DNA from: Bugula neritina
Lineage: Eukaryota > Animalia > Bryozoa
DNA length: 64,000 nucleotides
Direction of reading: 5' to 3'
Assembly (NCBI GenBank): GCA_964035545.1
Contig: OZ037773.1
Span: 1,951,751 to 2,015,750 of the forward strand
A model generated the notes under the pieces. It was not told where the DNA came from. It made no database searches and saw only the letters and a program-made list of their open reading frames with translations. The position numbers were made by a program, and so were the translations under genes. Shown one piece after another: positions 1 to 10,800 of the stretch. How positions within the stretch are numbered: position 1 is the first letter of the stretch; each line of letters starts with the position of its first letter.

Positions 1-605
1 GGTTTTGTCAGCCATTTCGGTGGTGGTCGCTACAGCCATGGTTGTTTCAGCCATTTCTGTGGTAGTTTTGTCAGCAATCTTGGTGGTGGTTGTTTCAGCC
101 ATGGTTGTTTTAGCCATTTCTGTGGTGGTTTTGTCAACCATTTCGGTGGTGGTCGTTACAGCCATGGTTGTTTCAGCCATTTCTGTAGTAGTTTTGTCAG
201 CAATCTTGGTGGTGGTTGTTTCAGCCATGGTTGTTTCAGCCATTTCTGTGGTGGTTTTGTCAGCCATTTTGGTGGTCGTCGTTACAGCCATGGTTGTTTC
301 AGCCATTTTTGTGGTAGTTTTGTCAGCCATCTCTGTGGTGGTCGTTTCAGCCATTTCTGTGGTAGTTGTGTCAGCCATCTTGGTAGTGGTTGTTTCAGAC
401 ACCTTTGCAGAGAGATTTTAGATTGAAAACATACGTTAACAAATAAATAAAATTCTAGTGTAACATGTTTAAGAAATACCACTACACTAAGCTGTTGTGG
501 AAGCTAACCAACTGTATAAGTGGTGCAGAAAATTACTCTCACCTGAGAGACGCATCCTGCTATGATTGATAGACCAATCAGCAGTGTCCAATACTGTGAC
601 TTCAT
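1..605 (-). CDS. Secreted Thr-rich mucin-like protein, 5' part (coding exons 605-543 and 402-<1; continues off window)
   Basis: Minus-strand ATG at 605 gives MKSQYWTLLIGLSIIAGCVSQ (signal-peptide-like), then donor CAG|gtgag at 543/542. A phase-0 acceptor (aag| at 403/402) leads into stop-free VSETTTTKMADTTTTEMAETTTTEMADK... repeats. An acceptor at 650/649 implies an upstream non-coding exon. Confidence 0.8.
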
Positions 606-2799
606 TTCCCCTCACAGGTTTTCTGCGGGATATACTGGTCAACCAGGAACTGTATAACGTAACGGAGCAAGTATGCATTGAGTGTGTAAACAATTTGAAG
701 CTCATTAGATCTTAGCGAACTTTGTAATAATTATCTAACTAGTTGCCGATACTCCCTGCATATGCATTTACTATACATTTATATATCAATGCCAGGTGCA
801 TGGTAAAATAAACTTATAATCACGGTATGTAATATAGTTTCTAAATGACGTCCTATATTATTTTCAACCATGCATGTCATATAACTTATAAGTCTACCTA
901 TATACTATTTACTTCATGTCATATGCTAGCTACCCATTATTATATATTATTGTTTGATTTATGTTCTACAATTTCACGTTTATGTGTCTTATATATGTAA
1001 TTCTAGCTATAATAAATAATTTTTCACATATTACATATTATCTACTTAATGCTTATTGTATTGTCTCTTTAGTCTTATATATTGTATGTCAAATCCCATA
1101 TAATATTATTTCTTTAGTTTTATATATTACCTAATGCACTGTCATATAATATTATTGTATTAGTTTTATATATCATTATTGACCTAATGCTATATACTGT
1201 GTAATTATTTCACTCACCATTATATCTCAAAATTTTACTAGAACTAAATTAAAATGATGCAATAATCTTCATTTAAAATGCTAAGATTGAGTACAATGTG
1301 TGATGTACTGTGATACTATACTATAATTGTTTTAAACTTGTCAAACATTTTATTATGATTTTATTAATTGCAACAAAGTTAAAATAATAGAAAGTACTGA
1401 AACAGCATAAAATTACTTGCTAATCAGTATGTGAGTATGTGAACATGAATATGAAACATAATTGAACCTAGATATTGCTTTTACATATCATTATTATAGT
1501 TTATATTACAATGTATTGTATAATATTGCATAAAATATAACAGTATTGTATTATAATAATATATACCATGAAAGATACTACTCTTATTTAGCAGTGATAT
1601 AATTAAGCAATATGAAATGCATCGATAATATAAAGTAACTATAACTATATAATTATCATTGATACACTTTATATTGCCAAATTATATTATTGCTAAACAG
1701 GAGTAGCATCTTTTATATCAAAATATATTATTAAAATGTGAAATCAAAATATTTCATATAGCGACATTATACTTCTATAGAATATTTATATATTATATAT
1801 AATATATTACATATAACACTGCAATATATCACTATAGTATAAATTTCATATAACAAATGCTGCCCACAATGCGATACCAATATGATTAATATTATAATAC
1901 ATTATTATCATATTATTATACTACTACTACATATTGAAAATACAAAAAAATTATTTTATGATATTACTATGTTATAATATAATTATAAAACCTTGTTATT
2001 TAATATTAATATATAGTACTACTTTAAATTGATAATTATTTAATATTATTTGACACTATTATGTACTGTAATTGTATAATTTTATAAGATGTAACTATAT
2101 AATAATAATTATGTAATAGTATTACCATAAAATGCTACTATATAATATAACATTATAATATTAATATATATAACTCTACTACTTATTTATTATATATTAT
2201 AATTATTTATAATACTATGATATGCTATGTTTATATATTAATATTATATTACACTACTATACATTATATACTTATATACTAGTATTAATATTATATTATA
2301 CTACTATATATACTATACTTCTATACTGGTATTAATATTATAAGATACTATATAATATATTCTAGTAATACCTGATACAATTGAATCTAACTGATTAAGC
2401 AGCTCCTACAAGATGCCAGAGTTCCAGTCTTATGAGCTGCTGCTTCACACCCCACCTTATATACATGCTATCTTTCTTCTCTCAACACAATGGCAGCTCT
2501 CCAACACAATGGCAGCTCTCCAAATATTGGCAGCTCTCTTGCGCACTGGCAGCATTCTACAGATCATTTTATTCCTATAAACAAGTCATGTGATCTCCAT
2601 GAAAAATCATGTGATTGCTAGCTCCTGGTTATGCTGCTGTCACCACCTGGTGCTGTCAGTTACTTTGGTTAGCTTAGAGTTTATTTATAATATCTTCCTT
2701 CCTTCAACAGGTGTCGATTGTGTTGAGATTTAAGGATACAATATAAATATATATATATATTAGAAGAAATAAAATGAGATTTGATTAATATAATGGCGC

Positions 2800-2852
2800 A
2801 TTTATTACTAGTAGTTTCGTACACAAGAACGATGTGCACTCGTCAGATAAAT
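2800..2852 (-). ncRNA. Type I hammerhead ribozyme (reverse-strand twin)
   Basis: Reverse complement of 2877-2929. Confidence 0.85.
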
Positions 2853-2876
2853 TAGCCACTATCTGACGAGTGGCTA

Positions 2877-2929
2877 ATTTATCTGACGAGTGCACATCGT
2901 TCTTGTGTACGAAACTACTAGTAATAAAT
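2877..2929 (+). ncRNA. Type I hammerhead ribozyme
   Basis: ATTTAT-CTGACGA-GTGCACA(tcgttct)TGTGTAC-GAAA-CTACTAG-TA-ATAAAT: stems I and II pair fully, stem III is short, the CUGANGA and GAAA core is intact, and the GUA triplet predicts cleavage after 2923. Confidence 0.85.
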
Positions 2930-3028
2930 GCCATTTTATTAATCAAATCTCATTTTATTTCTTCTAATGTTTACGCTCTAGATTTATTTCTATAGAGCAC
3001 TCTAGTAACGTTTTATAAACACTCATTT

Positions 3029-3081
<53 letters not shown>

Positions 3082-3205
3082 CATATATAAATATATATAT
3101 ATATATATATTTATACATATATAAATATATATATATATATATTTATATATTATATTTATAGTATATTACATATAATTCAATATATGTAATGTGGTATATA
3201 ATATA

Positions 3206-3409
3206 GAGAGCAGCAGTGGTCTAGTTGTTAAAACACTGACTTAGCAAATACGAGGTCAGAGGTGCTAATACCTGGAAAGACCATTGGTGGTGTGTGGAAA
3301 AACAGAATAATTGTCATAATTACTCCTTTGCGACATATAGAGGAAAAGTCTTTAAAACTTTTCTAACAGAGGTTGCCACAGGAATTGTGACTATAAACTC
3401 ACGTGAGTT
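3206..3409 (+). mobile_element. tRNA-derived SINE (older, diverged copy)
   Basis: Aligns by eye end-to-end with 6172-6385 (gcagcagtggtctag...ccattggtg...ctataaactcacgtgag) with many substitutions. Confidence 0.8.
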
Positions 3410-4852
3410 TAAGATATTATAATGTATATAGATATAGCATTTTATATAAGATGTTTCATATAATTTAGCAGGTATATTATAGTATGTACAACAGTGATGT
3501 ACTTCTCATTAAAAGTAGTTTTTAAATCTGTCCATCAGAGCAAAGTTTGAGGTTTGTGTATGCTTGAAATTCTTGTATGTCATCAGCTATTATGTGCCTT
3601 TCCCCAGCACTGCCTCTTCACAACAATAATACATTCTATGAGTGTGTTCAAGTCACGGAGGCAATTTTAGGTGTTGACTGAATTAAGCTGATTGCAAAAT
3701 TCAACTATATATATATATGTGGGTGTGTGTATTAAGTATGTGTATATGTTATGTATATGTATATACTATGTATATGTATATATTATGTATATGTATATAC
3801 TATGTACATAAACCTGTATACAGCAGCAGTTTTAGGGCTTGTCCCCCTCATCAACACAGAACAGAGTACTATGGCCACACCTTAGCAATAAAACAAACAT
3901 TTCAAAGATGTGAAAATTGAAGCCAAAGTGCTCAAGTAGCTCCAAGAATAATGAAGTTTGCATGATTCCTGACATCTTGAACTTGCGGCCATGGTTAAAG
4001 TGCTCAATTACAGAAGTACCCATTTATGAGCATAAAGTGAGAGCATTCTAACTCAATACCATATATATAGAAGTAGGCTACATGAGTACAATTATCCATA
4101 GATAGTATAAGGTACTAGGTACACCTGTAAAAGTAGTCTATCTCAAACTATATATTCAAACTGCAAAAAGGCTACTATTGCAACTCTACATACAAGAGTA
4201 TAATATGAACACTAGTTAATATTATATTGCACCTATAACATGCTGATATAGGCATCTTTTTAGAGCATGTGCGTTAAGGCATGATAAATCACTAAGTGAA
4301 AATGATGAAATTTAAATGCTAACAATTTATGCTTTCAAGCAGTTTATTTAAAAGCATCTTGGGCTGTCGAAACTTAAAATGTTACTACATTCTTATATTC
4401 TTCTAATAAATATAGAGTTGTCCTTTTTAATAACTAGCGTAAAAGCCTTGACATATTGGCGGTAATTATCACGAGGAGAAATCTGTATCGGTGGGCACTA
4501 GCCTCGCATTGTTTTGCGAAAAAGAGATCATTGTGCGCGCATTGGCTTAGTTCAAGGTTTATGTGTGAACGGAAGAAAAATAAAATATAAACAAACCGAA
4601 ACCATATTGATATACAAGCAAGCGTGTTCATTTTCTTAATTTGTATTATTTGATACGCCTACATTAAAGCTCGGCTAGGGTTGTTGTAGTGAAATTATTC
4701 TGCCTTTTTAAATTTGAGTCAGGAAATAGTTGACACTCAATTTCACGAGTCTTACTTGAAATAATATTTATAATATTATTAACCTAAACTAAAACTTAAA
4801 GGCTAAAACTAAAAGTTAAAGTTGAGATTGACAGTTGAAGTTCAAGTTGAAG

Positions 4853-7800
4853 ATGTCGGATGACTTTCCGTTCAAGGCTGAGTATGCTAAGAGTGGCCGA
4901 GCTTCATGCAAAAGTTGCACAAATTCTATAGCAAAAGACGCATTACGTTTAGCTATTATGGTTCAGGTATGTAATTTAAATTAAATTTAATTCTAGTGTT
5001 TTACTAAGATAACTGACAGTAGCTACTAGTACTGGAGTTGATGACTATCTAAATTTCTATAAATCTAAGTGTAACCTAAACTTAAAGTTACTGTATCAAT
5101 TAGCCTATAGATAGTTATCAGCTATGGACTTATGGAGGTCTCTGAATTGTTGCCTTGATTGGTCACAATCAACTTGATTGTTACCAATCAAGGCAATAAT
5201 TCAGAGACCTCCATAAGATAGGATTAAGTTTTTGTTCAGTCAATACAGCACAATCAGTACTAACTGTATGGCTATTGACTAATGACTGTTAACATATTAC
5301 CCATATGAGGCACACTCTTTCCTCCCTCTAGGGCGGTCTAGCGTGATGTTCGCTTTGAGTAAGTTCGTGTAATACTGATACTGATGGTGATAGTATTAGT
5401 CACATACAAATTACAATGTAATTTAAGTTAGGCTACTTAGCCTTATACTTATAGTCTGAGTTATACTTCATACAGTTATATACTTTTAGTTACTTTAAGT
5501 TAGTTATAATGTACTTATAGTTATAGTGTATCTCTATAAGTTAATCTAAGTTGACTTTGAGCTGTAGTGATCACATTTACTGTAACATGATCACTAGCAC
5601 TAGTGTGAGTACTCAGCTGTGTATCAAATTCAATATAAGTATTAATATGACTATGAATAATCACTATGATTATAATTATTACTTGGTAACCTTTTATCGC
5701 CATGACATGATTGGGTGGCGAGATTATCATTATGATCATCAATCAATAAAGTTAAATGAATAAGTATAATCACCATAGACGCATGTGATAAAACTAAGTT
5801 AGCAATATACAGTGACTAGGTTTACGGCTATCTTGTAAGATTGAGTATAACAATTAGTTTATCTGATATAAAATACTATTGTTATAAATTCAATTATACA
5901 TAGACTAAGTGAGTAGTGATAGTCATAGACATAGTGATAGTGCAAGTGATAATGATTCTCATACTCATGGTTCAAATAGGCATTTGGTGCCTCGTATTTT
6001 TATAACTAAATGTAAAATTTATTATTGCATTTGTTATTATATAGGTAATTATTATTTTGTTCATGCCATATAGTCTTAGATAAGATACAGTAAAAATATT
6101 AAATTTTATGCTTAGTTTTAATTTGACTTTTAACTTGGGTATTTTGATATCTTCTTTATTTGTTCATGTTAGGGAGCAGCCGTGGTCTAGGGGTTAGAGC
6201 GTTTGCCTAGTAAACATGAGGTCATGGGTTCGAGCCCAGAAAAAGGCCATTGGTGATGTTAGGAAGAGCATCCAGTCATAATTGCTTCTGTGCCTCATTT
6301 GAACAAGTCCTTAGTCAGTTCTAACAAAAACCCTTCCATCAGGGGTTTCCCACAGGGATAGCTACTATAAACTTGCGTGAAGTTTTTCTTTATTTGTTCA
6401 TGTTGACCCAATTTAGTAACAGCTTGGTGTAGATGTGAATGAGTGAATGCCACAAAAAGTTATAGGCCTACTATACTTTTAGAGTTATTCATATTGAGCT
6501 TTTTTTTTATTTTTTTAGAAGCAATCATCAATATGAGTCTTGAGCTAACTTTAGGACGTATTCCTGAATAATCAAATAAGTTGCATGTTGCAGTCTCCAC
6601 ACTTTGATGGCAAACAACCCAACTGGTTCCATTTTCAATGCTTCTGGAAGCGAGGACGACCCACGTCGTCTACTGAAATCGCCGGGTTTGATGGTCTTCG
6701 TTGGGAGGATCAGGAAAAAATAAATGGGAAGCTTTCAGGTTCGTATTAGTTATTTAAGGGTGAACTGTGCTAACAATTCTTATGCGATAATAAACTATGA
6801 AGGGTAAATGAAGTAAAGTATGGTTTGAATACTTTATGAAGGGTAGAGTGGAGTGTGGGAATGATTTACTATTTTCTTAGAAAGTTTCAGCTGATGATTA
6901 TATGCTCTGTAACATTAGTCATGGTCATGGACTTGCTATTTTAGAACTGGCCACACTATCATAACTCTTCTTTCCAAATAGTCACAGCTACAAGAATTAA
7001 AGCCTACATTGTTGTAAAAATTGTAAAATATGTAAAATAGCATTCGGTAATTGCTAGAAAATACTCATGTGTCTCTGTAACAGCAGATGTAATACCACCA
7101 GTGTGTCTTTGTAGCAGTAGATGTAACAATGTTGAATCAGGTAATTGATGGAAGATTTCACTCTTTTTCACAGGAGGAAGTAAAGGTAGTAGCTCAACAG
7201 CTGGTGTGGCAGAAAGTGGAAACTTCTCTGCGGAATATGCCAAGTCTGGGAAGAGCAAGTGTCGGGGTTGTGAAGACTTCATAGCTAAGGTGTCTATCCT
7301 AATGCTTGTGCATATATACAATGTGCTATACACACACACATATATAATATATATATATATATTACTACACACTGTGTTATACGTATATGCACTGTTTTGT
7401 ACATATATACACTGTGCTGTACATATACAACACTATCTTGTATTATCCCCTGCACCGTGTTATACCTATATAGTACTATACACTGTGTCATACATATGTA
7501 CTACTATACACTGTATTATACGTATGTACTACTATACACTGTATTGTACGTATGTACTACTATACACTGTATTGTACGTATGTACTACTATACACTGTAT
7601 TATACGTATGTACTACTATAAACTGTATTGTACGTATGTACTACTATACACTGTATTATACGTATGTACTACTACACACTGTATTATACGTATGTACTAC
7701 TATACACTGTATTGTACGTATGTACTACTATACACTTTGTTATACGTATATATTACTATACACTGTGTTATACATATGTACTACTATACACTGTATTATA

Positions 7801-10800
7801 CGTATGTACTACTATAAACTGTATTGTACGTATGTACTACTATACACTGTATTATACGTATGTACTACTATACACTGTGTTATACGTATGTACTACTATA
7901 CACTGTATTATACGTATGTACTACTATACACTGTGTTATACGTATGTACTACTATACACTGTATTGTACGTATGTACTACTATACACTGTATTATACGTA
8001 TGTACTACTATACACTGTATTGTACGTATGTACTACTATACACTGTATTGTACGTATGTACTACTATACACTGTATTATACGTATGTACTACTATAAACT
8101 GTATTGTACGTATGTACTACTATACACTGTATTATACGTATGTACTACTACACACTGTATTATACGTATGTACTACTATACACTGTATTGTACGTATGTA
8201 CTACTATACACTTTGTTATACGTATATATTACTATACACTGTGTTATACGTATGTACTACTATACACTGTATTATACGTATGTACTACTATAAACTGTAT
8301 TGTACGTATGTACTACTATACACTGTATTATACGTATGTACTACTATACACTGTGTTATACGTATGTACTACTATACACTGTATTATACGTATGTACTAC
8401 TATACACTGTGTTATACGTATGTACTACTATACACTGTATTATACGTATGTACTACTATAAACTGTATTGTACGTATGTACTACTATACACTGTATTGTA
8501 CGTATGTACTACTATACACTGTGTTATACGTATGTACTACTATACACTGTATTATACGTATGTACCACTATACACTGTATTATACGTATGTAGTACTATA
8601 CACTTTGTCCCGGTAGGGGGAAGCTAGACTTGCTGTCAAAGACTTCACCAGCCAAAGAGCCATAATGTATGGTGCCCAGAACCTCTGGTACCATGTTGAC
8701 TGTTTCGTGTCCAAAAGAGAAGATGTTGGCTTCACTGCGGATATGAACCCAGACAAGTATGATCTCTGTCTATAAATGTATTTGCATATTTATACTCCTG
8801 TATATTGTATGATGCTTACATTATATTATACCTACCTGTAAGTATAAACTACTATATACCTGTATATTATATTATACCTACGTGTAAGTATAAACTACTA
8901 TATACATGTATATTATACTATATCTACGTGTAAGTATAAACTACTATATACATGTATATTATACTATACCTACGTGTAAGTATAAACTACTATATACCTG
9001 TATATTATATTATACCTACGTGTAAGTATAAACTACTATATACCTGTATATTATACTATACCTACCTGTATATTCAGAATGCAAGGGTTTGGCTCACTCT
9101 CTAAAGATGATAAAGATGAAATTCTTAACAAACTGGGAAAAGGAGACAAAAGGTGTGTTTAGATACTTATATGTGTATGAATGCCTGTACGTCTTTGCAA
9201 GTATATGTCTGTGTGTCTACACATTTACGGTTCTGTCTGCCTGTATGTCTACACATTTATGTCTGTAAGTCTGTCTGTGTGTCTACACAGTTTTATTTTG
9301 TCTGTAAGTCTGTCTGTGTGTCTAGTAAAAAGAGAAAAGCAGACACTTCTAAAGATGTTGTTGATTCAAAAAAATCGAAGAAAGATTCAGGAGAGGCAAA
9401 GCAGCTTAAGGTAACTTTTATTTAGCCTTAGAAACTTAGCATTGTAGTTGGGGTGTATGACGCAGTGCTGCTCTTTCTATGTATTGAGGAGATTGTACTC
9501 TGGTTACAGGACCAAAGCACTCTCATATGGAAGTACAGAGATGGCCTCCAGAAGGAGGTGTCCACCCAGGCTATGAGAGGGCTGTTGGAGTACAACAACC
9601 AGAATGTGGTGAATGGAGAGAGTGATCTCTTGAATAGGGTGTCAGACTGTATGGCATTTGGCGCTCTGAGCAGGTGCCCCGAGTGTAAGGATGGTCAGTT
9701 GGTATTCAGGTATGTTCATGTCAACTGTTACTCCGAACAGGTGCCCTGAGTGTAACAATGGTCAGTTGGTATGTTCGTGTCGACTGCCATTTGGAGCAGG
9801 TGCCCCGAGTATCAGGTCATGTTGCAGAACGGATGCCTATCATTGTACGGGAAACTTGTCAGAGTGGACCAGGTGCTCCTATTCTACTAACACCCCTAAG
9901 AGAGTTGCATTCAAGGTGCCAGCTGAATACCACGATGTTGCATTCTTAAAGACCTACAAGTATGTTAAAAGAGACCGTATCATTCCTAAAGCTACCCTAC
10001 AGGCCAGTAAAGTAAATCATCAGGCGTTAGCTGGCACTTCCTTTTTCGCCTACGGTTCGTATCTTATCTCCTCTTTGATTAGTTGTAGATTCTATATTTG
10101 ATTGGCTACTGTTGCACTCTGTATTGTTATGTAACCTGTTAACATTTGCTCATCTGTGATTGGTCAGCATTGACTGTGTATTTCACAGGAAGTACCAGTA
10201 AAGATAAAACGGCTCTGAAAACTTTGATATCTAGTCTCGGTGGGAAACTTGTCTCTAAACTCGATGGCTCTGTAACCGCTGTTATAAGTAGCAAGGCAGA
10301 CGTTGAGAAGATGAACAAGAAGATGGCGGAAGTAAAAGCACTGGACATTCCTGTCCTTGCAGAGGGTACGACCTCTAACACATAGCACTAGTCATATATT
10401 ACTCTATTACTAGTCATATTACTCTATTACTAGTTATATTACTCTATTACTAGTTATATTACTCTACAACTAGTTATATTACTCTATTACTGGTCATATT
10501 ACTCTACTGCTAGTCATATTACTCTATCTGTCTTGATAAATGTGTTTCTCTAGGTTTCCTGGAGGCATGTAAAGATGGTAAACCAATAGAATTGGCTAAA
10601 ACTTACAAGTTGTCAGACTGGGGAAAGCCTTTTGAGAAATGCTTCACTGATGTTGTTGACAGCAAAAGATCAACAAAAAGTGCTGCCGTGCGCGCTGCTG
10701 AGGCTAGAGCAGGTTCGTTTATACTGTATGATACTATACTGTATTATGTTATACTGTATGATACTATACTGTATTATACTATACTGTATGATACTATAAT

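Larger units (their letters stand above)
2760..3031. mobile_element. Penelope-like pseudo-LTR remnant with inverted duplication, embedded in (TA)n
   Basis: About 100-bp near-perfect inverted arms (2760-2860 / 2869-2967) with an 8-nt spacer, each arm carrying a hammerhead motif; (TA)n on both flanks. Inverted pLTRs with hammerheads are characteristic of Penelope-like elements. Confidence 0.7.

Noticed and set aside
5-421. + strand 138-aa hydrophobic ORF
   Set aside because: Antisense shadow of the Thr-rich repeat exon; only the minus strand has a signal-peptide exon and matching splice sites.
2397-2445. Small hairpin (aagcagctc...gagctgct)
   Set aside because: Short imperfect stem with no recognisable RNA family motif; not distinguishable from chance.
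3717-4631. Short ORFs upstream of PARP1 (3717-3920, 3832-4023, 4434-4631)
   Set aside because: No recognisable motifs or splice-consistent partners; probably promoter or intergenic sequence.
6172-6245. tRNA-Thr gene
   Set aside because: The acceptor stem does not close and the head is fused to a repeated SINE body with a TSD.
7290-8616. Multiple Tyr/Cys/Thr-rich ORFs (also at 10713-11330, 15837-16655, 35233-35682, 58375-58927, 61809-62839)
   Set aside because: Translations of intronic minisatellites lying between splice-consistent exons.
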